A DNA stretch of 64,000 nucleotides from an uncultured Candidatus Saccharibacteria bacterium (GTDB lineage Bacteria > Patescibacteriota > UBA1384 > CAILIB01), in contig CAZQKK010000002.1 of the NCBI GenBank assembly GCA_964593885.1, positions 11,997 to 75,996 of the forward strand, given 5' to 3'. Position numbers and translations under genes: made by a program. The notes below the pieces were generated by a model. It was not told where the DNA came from. It did not search any database and was given only the letters and a program-made list of their open reading frames with translations. Shown piece by piece: positions 26,978 through 36,251 of this stretch. How positions within the stretch are numbered: position 1 is the stretch's first letter; each line of letters begins with the position of its first letter.

Positions 26978-28285
26978 TTGACAAAAGATAGACCGGCAGT
27001 AACAATTCCCATCCCCTACGTGGGGGTGGTTCGGGTGGGAGAAGTCCTGCCCATCATTGATAGTAGACCATTCCAAAACTTGGACATGCGCAAGCAGCTC
27101 GGCTTCATGCACATGATCTTTCGTGGCGCAGGCTACAGCCGCTACATCCACTCTATGGTGGTGTACTGGCTAACCTGCAGGCGGATGCAACGTTTGGTTG
27201 AGTGGGGTAGCTGCACCTTGCAAGACAAGATCAACGTAGAGGTAGCATCGCTCCTCCACGACATTGGGCACGGCCCAGGTTCGCACCTGACCGACCCACT
27301 GGTGGCTGAAGACCATGAAGAGCGAGGGTACCTGATTGCCGTGGGTCTCCGCAGAGAGATTGAGGAGTGTGGGGCAGAGTTTGAGGTGGTTATGGCCATC
27401 CTCAGACGAGAAGACCCACTCCATGTGATCATCTACGACACTCCGCTTGGAACTGACAAGCTGGCATACCTCTGGATTGATTCCGAGGTCACCGGCATTG
27501 GCGGGATGCCACCACGGGCGGCGTTCTTGGATAACGTCTACTACCAGGTAGCACCTTACGGCAAGGGTATGCTCCTCGTAGACCCCAAGGTGGGCACTCA
27601 GGTGAAGAACCTGATTAACCACTACATCAAGATGTATGCCGATGGGTACTACAAGAAGGCCTCGGCGGTGTACGAGAGGGGTTTCCAGCAGAACATCGCT
27701 ATCCTTTTGGGGATAGAGGGTGGAGAAGCTCACTTCACGATTGAAGATCTCGTGAGACTTTCAGATGATGGCTTGGTTGAGCGCATGCTCACCAGTTCCC
27801 ACGATCAGGTAAGGGCAAACACCGAGCGCCTCATTGAGCGCGGACACCCGCGCTCTGCGGTAGTGATGGTGGCAGGATCTTCGGAGGGTTTCTTCGCTCC
27901 TGATGGCAAGCCTATGGCGTGTCGGACGGTGGAAGAAGCGTACTTCGAGGAGCGAAAGATCGCAAAGCCTGGCTTCCTAGCCTTGCTTGAGCGAGAGCTT
28001 GCTCCTGAGCTTGGTTTGGTGCCCGGAGACCTCGTGATCACCCCGCCACTCCTCAAGCGGCGGTTCCTGCCGCCTAACGTGTACATGGCCACTAACAAGG
28101 GACCCATGCACATCAGGGAGTACTGGCCCGACCAGTACCGAGCTTGGGAAGCTGAGGCAACGAGCTACCTCAAGTTCCACATCTGCGTGGTACCCAGCGA
28201 GCGAGCCAGGGTTTCCGCCATGGCTGACCAGGTGGTGGAGCACTTCCAGCGCGTGGTTGGCGAGCTGCTCCCAACATTCCACTAG
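26978..28285 (+). CDS. HD-domain dNTP triphosphohydrolase-like protein (dGTPase/SAMHD1 family)
   Basis: HSMVVYWL...LLHDIGHGPGSH matches the dGTPase HD motif (LLHDIGHPPFGH). 435 aa. Confidence 0.75.
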   Translation: MTKDRPAVTIPIPYVGVVRVGEVLPIIDSRPFQNLDMRKQLGFMHMIFRGAGYSRYIHSMVVYWLTCRRMQRLVEWGSCTLQDKINVEVASLLHDIGHGPGSHLTDPLVAEDHEERGYLIAVGLRREIEECGAEFEVVMAILRREDPLHVIIYDTPLGTDKLAYLWIDSEVTGIGGMPPRAAFLDNVYYQVAPYGKGMLLVDPKVGTQVKNLINHYIKMYADGYYKKASAVYERGFQQNIAILLGIEGGEAHFTIEDLVRLSDDGLVERMLTSSHDQVRANTERLIERGHPRSAVVMVAGSSEGFFAPDGKPMACRTVEEAYFEERKIAKPGFLALLERELAPELGLVPGDLVITPPLLKRRFLPPNVYMATNKGPMHIREYWPDQYRAWEAEATSYLKFHICVVPSERARVSAMADQVVEHFQRVVGELLPTFH

Positions 28286-28314
28286 CCTTCCTCAATCGAG
28301 GGAGGTTTTTTTTA
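28286..28314 (+). terminator. rho-independent terminator (CCTTCCTC-AATC-GAGGGAGG + T8)
   Basis: Hairpin plus a long T tract between convergent genes. Confidence 0.7.
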
Positions 28315-29637
28315 TTTAGTTTTTCTGAAAGCAACCCTGAAGAGCATGCTGAGTCGTCTTCGGTTTCGGGGCACTACCAGGAACCCAAGCATTGCTAAGG
28401 TGAGACCACTCCCAATAAGGAAACCAGGACTCTCAGCGGCACCATCGCGCCAGAAACCTTTCACATCGTTTACAAACTTCTGAATAATCTCAGGGATGGG
28501 TGCGAGTTGGTCTGGGGAAGGGGTTGGAGTTCCAACTGTGGGAGTAGGCTTGGTAGCTGGTTGCTGCTTCGCTTCGCGGGCTGCGTTGGTTGGCTCTGGA
28601 ATACCGCTTGGAGTAGGAGTTAGCTGTGGCGTACTAGTTGGTTTGGGAGTGGTTTTGGTGCTGCCATTGGTGAGACCTCCTCCCGTACTTGGTGGGGCGA
28701 AGAAAGCTGCCGCCGCTTCTTTAAATGCGGCTTTGGAAGCTTCAGTTGTGTGGATTCTCCAATCCCTCTCGCGTTTCCGGTTAAACCACGTGAAGCCAGA
28801 GATTTGAGGGAAGTTTTTAAATCCGGCAAACATGTCTCGGATCCACTGAGGCTTACTCCCACCTTCCTCAGCGCAACCAACCTCCATAATTTGGATTGGT
28901 TTACTACTGATTGCCACCTGGGCATCGTAGGAGTACCTGAAGACCTGCTCAAAACTTTGCCAGGTTCCACCACTGTTGGTTCCCCAGTTGTAGCCATCCA
29001 TCCCCATGTAGGTAACGTAGGCATCGCCTGGGTAGAGCTCGGCATAGCTGTAGCGCTGGGGACCTCCAGGAGCCTGGACGTTTGGTGCCCAAACCCAGGC
29101 GACGCTCGTGGCGTTCTCCTCGTTGAAGATGTCCACAATCCGGCGGTAACCGTTGATGTAGTCTACATTTGTTCGCCCCTTCTCACCGTTAATCGCCCAG
29201 GGACTCCACCAGCCATCCATCTCAGGAGCGATGGCAATCTGGACGGGGTAGCCAACTGACTTGGTGTCACGGGCAAACTGCCTGATGTAGGTGTCGTAGG
29301 TGCCTGAAGCGATGTCACCAAAGGCAATCCCTACTCCTGCCATCCATGGTTGCCAGGTTATTTCCAGCTTTTTTCCTAAGCTCTTAATGAGCGAAGCTCC
29401 AGCAAACGGAAAGTTCTGATCCCAGTCAACGTACCACTTGTGCTGGGTGAACCTGATATCCAGGCTAGCCTCGTAAGCTGCCAGGGTTACCCCTTCGCCG
29501 AGGTCTGACTGAAGCTGCCAGGCACCGAGAATGAAAGGTGAGCCGTCATTAACGGCGGCACTGCTCTCACGAGGAAAGCTGGTGAGAGCACCTGCGCACG
29601 CGGCAAAGGTGAGGCAAATTGCGATGAGTTTTCGCAT
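28312..29637 (-). CDS. secreted glycoside hydrolase, GH26-like (beta-mannanase/endoglucanase clan GH-A) with PT-rich linker and C-terminal TM anchor
   Basis: Signal peptide MRKLIAICLTFAACAGA (ATG at 29637). A (beta/alpha)8-type QIAIAPEMDGWWSPW block resembles the GH26 catalytic acid region. C-terminal TTPKPTSTPQLTPTP linker, then PGF-LIGSGLTLAMLGFLVV-PRNRRR. Confidence 0.55.
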   Translation of the reverse strand: MRKLIAICLTFAACAGALTSFPRESSAAVNDGSPFILGAWQLQSDLGEGVTLAAYEASLDIRFTQHKWYVDWDQNFPFAGASLIKSLGKKLEITWQPWMAGVGIAFGDIASGTYDTYIRQFARDTKSVGYPVQIAIAPEMDGWWSPWAINGEKGRTNVDYINGYRRIVDIFNEENATSVAWVWAPNVQAPGGPQRYSYAELYPGDAYVTYMGMDGYNWGTNSGGTWQSFEQVFRYSYDAQVAISSKPIQIMEVGCAEEGGSKPQWIRDMFAGFKNFPQISGFTWFNRKRERDWRIHTTEASKAAFKEAAAAFFAPPSTGGGLTNGSTKTTPKPTSTPQLTPTPSGIPEPTNAAREAKQQPATKPTPTVGTPTPSPDQLAPIPEIIQKFVNDVKGFWRDGAAESPGFLIGSGLTLAMLGFLVVPRNRRRLSMLFRVAFRKTK

Positions 29638-29738
29638 GGTCTTTCTAGTATACGCTACCCAGCTCACAGGACTAAACTGGTTGCCAAAAAGGGTTTCTTC
29701 TGCTACTCTGCAGCCAACTGCTAGGGCAGAGGTTATAC

Positions 29739-30425
29739 ATGATAAAGCAATTGACAATTCACACGGTGCCTCTCTCATTGGGAGTAGCATCGGAATGTAT
29801 CAACGGGCTCTTCGCCAAATGGGGAGTGAGCCGGAGCATCCAGGATAGGATGTTGACCGTACAGCGGGGGGAGCGCGTAATCTACACCAGTGATGGTGAT
29901 GAGGAAACGCGTTCTCGGGGAGGCGCAGAATACCACTACCTGCGGCAGTTTATGTTTGGTGATGCGCTCTCAATTACCTTCAACATTGCTGGTGAACCCC
30001 ACCATGAGCAAGAGGTTTCTTCCATCGTCTTTGAGGCATTTGGTGTGACTCACCATTGCTTGGGAGATCAAACCGTCGAGAAGCGTCTCGCACTGGAAGC
30101 AATCGTGGGTTACGCCATCGATCTCCTTGACGCCCTTATTCAGATTAGTAAGATCGTATCAACGGTTCCGTTTGGTGCCGATGTTATCTGGGCAATTCCG
30201 GTGATCTTCACTTCTGAAGATCCCGAGTTTGGCCAGGTTGAGGCTGAGTACATTGATCTCTTCTGGCTCATGCACGTGCTCAAGGGCGCGAAAAAGGGTA
30301 CGACGGCTCAACTCCAGGGTCTCAAGCCCGTGACCATCGCTGCCCAGACGCTCGGCTCTGTGCTAGGTAATGCGCGGTTTCGGATGAGTGCTGGATCACA
30401 GGTGATGGGATGTCCTACCCGGTAG
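29739..30425 (+). CDS. hypothetical protein
   Basis: 228-aa ORF with no recognisable domain. Terminator follows. Confidence 0.5.
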   Translation: MIKQLTIHTVPLSLGVASECINGLFAKWGVSRSIQDRMLTVQRGERVIYTSDGDEETRSRGGAEYHYLRQFMFGDALSITFNIAGEPHHEQEVSSIVFEAFGVTHHCLGDQTVEKRLALEAIVGYAIDLLDALIQISKIVSTVPFGADVIWAIPVIFTSEDPEFGQVEAEYIDLFWLMHVLKGAKKGTTAQLQGLKPVTIAAQTLGSVLGNARFRMSAGSQVMGCPTR

Positions 30426-30450
30426 TAATTGCTACCGGGTTTTTTATTTT
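30421..30450 (+). terminator. rho-independent terminator (GGTAGTAATTGCTACC + GGGTTTTTTATTTT)
   Basis: Perfect 6-bp stem/4-nt loop overlapping the stop codon, followed by a T-run. Confidence 0.65.
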
Positions 30451-30468
30451 CCGAGAACTGTAGCAGCT

Positions 30469-31254
30469 TTAGCGAGGTGTCAGGCTAATGAATGGGTTCC
30501 CGGTAGTTGCCTGTGGTAGCTTACCGTCCCACTTCTCAATGGCGCGGAGCTGCAGGAGGTCAGGGGAGAGAACTTCGCGTTGGAGGCGGAGCGAGTCTGC
30601 TTCGGCACGGGCGGTTGTGACACGCTGCTCGGCCTCAATCTTGATTCTCTCAAGATCTTGGCGGGCTTTGAGGGCAGACTGTTCGGCAACCTGCTTGGCT
30701 TCAACAGCCTTCTCAAACTCACCAGAGAACCTGAAGTCGGTGATTGAAACATCGTCTACTGTAATGTACTTGCTGCTCAGGCGGGTTTTCAGGAGCTCGG
30801 AAACAGCAGATTTCATCTCGGATCGCTTCGTAATCAGCTCTTCGGCGGTGAACTGGGCAGTTGCGCTCTTCACGCTCTCTTGAATGGCAGGGTCCACAAT
30901 TCTTGCTTGCCAGTCTGTCCCTACCTCTTGGTAGAGCTTGTTGATGCTCTTGGCATCTAGCTGGAAGTTGAGGGCAATTTTAGTGGTCACAGACTGGAGA
31001 TCCTTACTAGCAGAATCAGAGCTGGCCTCCATTTTTCTAATTCGGGTACTGAAGATGTAGAGCCTGTCTACAAGAGGCGCAACGAAGTGAATGCCGGGTG
31101 CGAGAGTTTCGCCCTGCACTTTTCCAAGACGGGTGATTACTCCTTGCTCACCGGCGTCAATAATTTTGAACGACGAAACCACCAGAATGAAGAGGACTAA
31201 GACACCTACCATATAGAGGGTCTTTTTGACCGCAAGAGTTGCAAGTTGCTGCAT
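30469..31254 (-). CDS. SPFH/band-7 (prohibitin-like) membrane protein
   Basis: N-terminal TM, an SPFH core and a long coiled-coil (AEQRVTTARAEADSLRLQREV). Confidence 0.8.
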   Translation of the reverse strand: MQQLATLAVKKTLYMVGVLVLFILVVSSFKIIDAGEQGVITRLGKVQGETLAPGIHFVAPLVDRLYIFSTRIRKMEASSDSASKDLQSVTTKIALNFQLDAKSINKLYQEVGTDWQARIVDPAIQESVKSATAQFTAEELITKRSEMKSAVSELLKTRLSSKYITVDDVSITDFRFSGEFEKAVEAKQVAEQSALKARQDLERIKIEAEQRVTTARAEADSLRLQREVLSPDLLQLRAIEKWDGKLPQATTGNPFISLTPR

Positions 31255-31329
31255 GGATTGGTAATTAGCTGCTACTACCGTAAGTATACTGCATTGCAGG
31301 AAGCTGCCAAGCAGGGCTACACTGGGTAT

Positions 31330-32067
31330 ATGCGCGTACCGCTTTTCATTAAGATTATCGTTCCAATCATTCTCCTCTTCCTTGTGCTAGGTCTAGGCTT
31401 TGTCGGCTGGGCAAAGCAGGTGTACGAAGCTGAAGAAGAGCCACTAGCTCTAGCTCGTGCCAATGAGCAGGTGGTTATCACCGATACTGCTCAGTACATC
31501 TGGATTAAACCGGCTACGGTAACCAGTAATGCGCTCATCTTCTACCCTGGAGCGAAAGTTGATCCCCATGCCTACCTCTGGAAACTGAGCGATATTTCGA
31601 TCAGGAACAACCTCCAGATTTTCATCACAAAGCCACGTCTCAACATGGCAATCTTTGGCATTAGGCAGGCTGACATTGTGAGGAAAGACTTCCCAGAGGT
31701 AAGTAAGTGGTACGTTGGAGGTCACTCACTTGGAGGGGCTATGGCGTGCTTTTACGCAAAGCAGAATCCCGAGCTTGCTGGAGTTATGCTCTTTGGAAGC
31801 TACTGCAGCACCGACCTCAGTGATCACGAGGGGAAGTTCCTCAGTATCACCGGTGGAAGGGATAACCTGACCTCAAGCGATACGGTAAATGAGAATCGTA
31901 GCCACCTCCCGGCATCTGCTTCAATGCGAGAAATTCCTGGTATGAACCACGCACAAGTGGGAGACTACGGCCCACAAGATGGTGATACCCCTGCTTCAAT
32001 TAGCGACGAAGAGGTAAAAGAGGCTCTGAGTGGTCTCACTCTCCAGTTCTTTGTTGGCGTAAAGTAG
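31330..32067 (+). CDS. alpha/beta hydrolase with N-terminal TM anchor
   Basis: GHSLGGAMA nucleophile elbow. Start chosen at the ATG before the TM helix (MRVPLFIKIIVPIILLFLVLGL). Confidence 0.7.
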   Translation: MRVPLFIKIIVPIILLFLVLGLGFVGWAKQVYEAEEEPLALARANEQVVITDTAQYIWIKPATVTSNALIFYPGAKVDPHAYLWKLSDISIRNNLQIFITKPRLNMAIFGIRQADIVRKDFPEVSKWYVGGHSLGGAMACFYAKQNPELAGVMLFGSYCSTDLSDHEGKFLSITGGRDNLTSSDTVNENRSHLPASASMREIPGMNHAQVGDYGPQDGDTPASISDEEVKEALSGLTLQFFVGVK

Positions 32068-32505
32068 CTACTCCGGCTGAGGTGACCTAGCAGCCCAGTA
32101 CGCGTGGGCGTCATTGTAAGCAACCGTAATGAGCTTTTGGAGAAGTGAGAGATCAACATCCTCAAGCCTTTTGACGTAGAGACAGCCTACACCAGATTTT
32201 GTCTTACCTAGCTTTGCTACTTCTTTGGCATGATTTCTTGCTCCAAGTCCTAGGTAGAGCGAAAGAGCCTGCTTGCGGGCTGAGAAGCCAACGAGTGGGG
32301 CGTCTCCCTCTCTGCCAGATTCGTACTTGTAGTGGTAGGCGCCAAATCCCACAATTGCTGTTCCCCACATTGTGGCTTGCTTACCTGTAGCTTCGCCCAT
32401 CATCTTCAAGAGAACCTTACAGTCTTCCTGTTGCGCTTCTGGGAGCGAATTGATGTAGTCTTCTACACTTCGAGTTGTTGCCTGGGTATTGTTTGGCTTG
32501 GTCAT
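32068..32505 (-). CDS. DUF1801 (YdhG-like) domain protein
   Basis: VEDYINSLPEAQQEDCKVLLKMM...GFSARKQALSLYL is the typical DUF1801 pattern. Confidence 0.65.
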   Translation of the reverse strand: MTKPNNTQATTRSVEDYINSLPEAQQEDCKVLLKMMGEATGKQATMWGTAIVGFGAYHYKYESGREGDAPLVGFSARKQALSLYLGLGARNHAKEVAKLGKTKSGVGCLYVKRLEDVDLSLLQKLITVAYNDAHAYWAARSPQPE

Positions 32506-32557
32506 GAGGTAATACTACTAAGAAATTCATGCAGAAAAAACTACCCGGGTAGGGTAG

Positions 32558-32935
32558 CTAGGATCTTGAGTACGCTGCGCGACGAGTGGCCCCTAGTTCT
32601 GCATAGACATCGTTGACGATACCGTCATCACGGTTTGTGCGTGCTGTCTCGATCACTATTTTCATTGCATCTGCGAGAGCTCCTTCACGGGATGCAGCTA
32701 CAGCAAACCCGGTAATGCCACTCTTTGGGCAGATGGCCTCAATATTGACGAGTTCCCAAGCAGATGCGTTTTCAACGAGCCAGGCATGGACGTGATCTGA
32801 GTACTTCTTCAGACGTGCCTTACCTACTACTCTTGCCAAGCCTTCGCGCCAGGTATTCTGGTTTGGAGTGGTGATGACTACGAGAACGTAGTCATACTTG
32901 GAAAATGCTTTCTTCACTTCTTCTAAATGTTCCAT
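32558..32935 (-). CDS. hypothetical protein
   Basis: 126 aa from the internal ATG (MEHLEEV). The upstream tracked extension is implausible. No confident domain. Confidence 0.45.
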   Translation of the reverse strand: MEHLEEVKKAFSKYDYVLVVITTPNQNTWREGLARVVGKARLKKYSDHVHAWLVENASAWELVNIEAICPKSGITGFAVAASREGALADAMKIVIETARTNRDDGIVNDVYAELGATRRAAYSRS

Positions 32936-33133
32936 AGTCACCTCAACACTAACGTGCCACCATCCTAGCGGGAAATATATCGTAGAGGAATGGGAGGTAG
33001 AGATAATTGACAAACCAGATAAGATACTCTATAGTAAATGGCATCTTACACCGCAGCTCTGTCTGCAGTTCTCCGCTCTCAGCATCATTACACCAGTATG
33101 ATCCTCGGGACGGGATCATAACTGGATTTTTGC

Positions 33134-34585
33134 ATGTCACAAACCGATATTCAGCCAGTCGCTGGCTTTGATGAGCTTGGTCTTATTCCGTCACTCCACG
33201 GAATGCTCCACAAACTCAACTTTGTTACCCCAACCCCAATTCAGGGGAAGGCTATTCCTATTGCCCTCACCGGACAGGATGTAGTTGGTATTGCTCAGAC
33301 AGGAACCGGTAAAACCCTCGCGTTTGCCCTTCCTATCCTCAATAACCTCCTCACCACTCAGTCTCGTGCACTCATCTTGGTTCCTACCAGAGAGCTTGCT
33401 ATCCAGGTAGAGGACAACATTAGGGACCTCCTCAAGCACCTCGTGCCACAGCTCAGGACAACCTGTCTCATTGGTGGTGCTCCAATCTACCGTCAACGTC
33501 AGGAGCTCTCACGTAAGCCTCAGATCATCGTTGCTACCCCAGGGCGTCTCAATGACCACCTCGGTCAGCGCAACGTTGAGCTTTCACAGGTTAAGTTCCT
33601 CGTGCTAGACGAGGCAGACCGAATGCTCGATATGGGCTTCGCTCCACAGATTGCTCAAATTGGTCAGCACCTCCCAGAGGCTCGTCAGACCATGCTGTTC
33701 TCAGCAACCATGTCTTCTGAGGTTGCTCAGATTGCAAGCGCCTACCTCAAGAACCCAATCAGGGTTGAGGTTGCTCGCTCAGGAACTAGCGCCGCACAGG
33801 TTGCCCAGGAAATCTGCTTCATCCCAGTTCCTGGAAAGTATTCAGTCCTCCAACACCTCCTCAAAGAAGAGACGGGCACGGTAATTGTATTTAGCCGTAC
33901 CAAGCACGGTGCAGCAAAGCTCACCCGTCAGCTCAACCTCGATGGCGTTAAGGCTGCAGAGATTCACGCAAACCGTTCACTCGGTCAGCGTCGACACGCC
34001 CTCGATGGCTTCAAAGATGGAAGGTACCGCGTTCTTGTGGCAACCGACATTGCTGCCCGTGGAATTGATGTCCAAGATATCGCATTGGTACTCAACTACG
34101 ATCTCCCAGACAGTGCTGAAGACTACATCCACCGTATCGGCCGTACTGGTCGCGCTGGAAAGAGTGGTAAGGCTGTTTCACTCGCAGCTCCAGACCAGCT
34201 CAGGCAGGTTGAGGCCATTGAGCGTCTCATGCAGAAAGAGCTCCCTCTCGCCCCTTACTCAGACCCACGTCCTCACAATGCCCGCGCAGGAGCCTACAGC
34301 CGTCAGGCACGTCCTCACCGCACCGGTGGCTACAGCTCTTCTAGGGGCGGTTACCAAGGTGGCCAGCGTCAGCAGTCAGGTGGCTCTTCGTACAGCAGCC
34401 AAGGTTCAAGCCAGGGCGGGCGAAGTTCATACGGTGATCGCGGGAACGATAGGCGCGATGACCGTCGTTCAAGCGACAGCTCAAACTCAGGTAGGCCTCG
34501 TTCAGGTGGTTTCTCCGGTGGCTCAAGCCACGGGAGGCCGATGAAGAACCAGAACCGAAAACTCTCTTTCGGAAAGTTTTCCTAA
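33134..34585 (+). CDS. DEAD-box ATP-dependent RNA helicase with long C-terminal RGG/SY low-complexity tail
   Basis: Q-motif, AQTGTGKT, PTRELA, DEAD (VLDEADRML), SAT and HRIGRTGR motifs. About 110-aa Gly/Ser/Arg/Tyr-rich tail. Confidence 0.9.
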   Translation: MSQTDIQPVAGFDELGLIPSLHGMLHKLNFVTPTPIQGKAIPIALTGQDVVGIAQTGTGKTLAFALPILNNLLTTQSRALILVPTRELAIQVEDNIRDLLKHLVPQLRTTCLIGGAPIYRQRQELSRKPQIIVATPGRLNDHLGQRNVELSQVKFLVLDEADRMLDMGFAPQIAQIGQHLPEARQTMLFSATMSSEVAQIASAYLKNPIRVEVARSGTSAAQVAQEICFIPVPGKYSVLQHLLKEETGTVIVFSRTKHGAAKLTRQLNLDGVKAAEIHANRSLGQRRHALDGFKDGRYRVLVATDIAARGIDVQDIALVLNYDLPDSAEDYIHRIGRTGRAGKSGKAVSLAAPDQLRQVEAIERLMQKELPLAPYSDPRPHNARAGAYSRQARPHRTGGYSSSRGGYQGGQRQQSGGSSYSSQGSSQGGRSSYGDRGNDRRDDRRSSDSSNSGRPRSGGFSGGSSHGRPMKNQNRKLSFGKFS

Positions 34586-34644
34586 CGGTTGCCGTTACCC
34601 TTAAAACAGCCTAGTATGGGGACACCTCGTCCCCATACTTTTTT

Positions 34645-34869
34645 ATGTACCCACTTGCTCTGTTTGTCGCGGCTATCTTCATCTTCATGCCATCACCAGC
34701 GGGTGCCTACCTTGATCCAGGAACCGGCAGCTACATTACCCAGGTACTCGTGGCAAGTTTCCTTGGCGGGTTGTATGCCCTCAAGCTCTCATGGTCTCGG
34801 ATCAAGCTCTTTTTCACCAGCAAGTCTTCAGCAAGGTCAGCTCGGGGGGAGCAACCTGATAAGCAATGA
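34645..34869 (+). CDS. small membrane protein (2 TM), possible
   Basis: 74-aa hydrophobic ORF whose stop overlaps the next gene start. Confidence 0.4.
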   Translation: MYPLALFVAAIFIFMPSPAGAYLDPGTGSYITQVLVASFLGGLYALKLSWSRIKLFFTSKSSARSARGEQPDKQ

Positions 34870-36251
34870 GCGAAGCACGAGCTGCGCGAGACACAGCGTC
34901 ATTTAAGGATCCAGCTGGCAGTGTGTTTACGCGTGCTGGTAAGTTGTACCGCCAGGTAAACAAGGTAGGAGCCAAAGACTACCGCAAGTTTATGGACTCT
35001 GGTCTCTACCAAGAGTTAGTTGATGCTCGACTCCTCATTTCGCATACCGAAGCACCTCTCAGCGCCGCACTCAATCCTGGTAGCGCCTACGCCGTTCTCC
35101 AGCCTGAAAACCTACCTTTCATCAGCTACCCCTACGAGCTTAGCTTCACTCAACTGAAGCGAGCCGCCCTCCTCACCCTTGAGGTTGAGGAAAGGTCTCT
35201 CACACACGGCATGACGCTCAAAGACGCATCCGCGTATAACGTCCAGTTCTTGGGACAGAAACCAGTTTTCATTGATACCCTCTCCTTTACCAACTACGAG
35301 GAGGGAGCTCCTTGGGCTGCCTACCGTCAGTTCTGCCAGCACTTCCTTGCACCCCTCGTCCTCATTTCCACCACCGACATCAGGCTCAGCTACCTCCAAC
35401 GTCACTACCTCGATGGTATTCCTCTCGATCTTGCCGCAAAGCTCCTCCCACAGAGTGCCCGCTGGAGCCTTGGGGTTGCCACTCACCTCATCTTCCACTC
35501 ACGGCAGCAGGTGAGGTTTGCGGGAAGTAGGGACGAGAGAACAAGTTCGCTCAAGCTTTCGCTCCATGGGCGAAAAGCACTCCTCGATTCACTCAGGTCA
35601 ACCATTGAGAAACTCAAGCTACCTAAACAGGAAACTGAGTGGGCTGGCTACTACGACGACACCAACTACACCTCGGCATCGTTTAAAGCCAAGCACGAGC
35701 AGGTGAGACGACTCGTTCGCGAGGTGAAGCCCGTGATGGTCTGGGATCTCGGTGCAAACACCGGTGAGTTCAGTAAGACGGCGGTTGAGGCTGGGGCAAC
35801 TCACGTTATCGCCTTTGATATCGATCCTCAAGCTGTGGATAGCCTAGCCCAAGACAAGAACGCTGAAGGAATTATTCCGCTCGTCATGGATCTCCTGAAC
35901 CCAAGTAGCAACCAAGGATGGGCGCAGCTAGAACGTAAGGGACTCAGGGAACGCGGTCCAGCTGACCTCCTCATGGCACTTGCTTTGGTGCACCACCTGG
36001 CAATTGGGGCTAATGTGCCGCTGGCTGATCTCGCCCAGAGCTTTTCAGAGCTTGGGAACAACCTCCTCATTGAGTTTGTGCCAAAAGAGGACTCACAGGT
36101 GAAGCGGTTGCTCACCACCCGCCCAGATATCTTCCCCAACTACACCCGTGATGGGTTTGAAGCTGCCTTCAAGCCTTTCTGGGAGGTAATCTCGTGTGAG
36201 AAGGTTCCCGATAGCAAGCGCTACCTCTACCTGTTCAAGAAGATCTCGTGA
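34866..36251 (+). CDS. two-domain protein with C-terminal class I SAM-dependent methyltransferase
   Basis: VWDLGANTGEFS (motif I GxGxG-like) and AFDIDPQAV (motif II acidic) in the C-terminal half. The N-terminal half is unknown. Confidence 0.65.
   Translation: MSEARAARDTASFKDPAGSVFTRAGKLYRQVNKVGAKDYRKFMDSGLYQELVDARLLISHTEAPLSAALNPGSAYAVLQPENLPFISYPYELSFTQLKRAALLTLEVEERSLTHGMTLKDASAYNVQFLGQKPVFIDTLSFTNYEEGAPWAAYRQFCQHFLAPLVLISTTDIRLSYLQRHYLDGIPLDLAAKLLPQSARWSLGVATHLIFHSRQQVRFAGSRDERTSSLKLSLHGRKALLDSLRSTIEKLKLPKQETEWAGYYDDTNYTSASFKAKHEQVRRLVREVKPVMVWDLGANTGEFSKTAVEAGATHVIAFDIDPQAVDSLAQDKNAEGIIPLVMDLLNPSSNQGWAQLERKGLRERGPADLLMALALVHHLAIGANVPLADLAQSFSELGNNLLIEFVPKEDSQVKRLLTTRPDIFPNYTRDGFEAAFKPFWEVISCEKVPDSKRYLYLFKKIS

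Noticed and set aside
33885-34544. 219-aa plus-strand ORF in an alternative frame
   Set aside because: It lies inside the DEAD-box helicase gene, in the repetitive RGG-tail coding region, and is a frame artefact.
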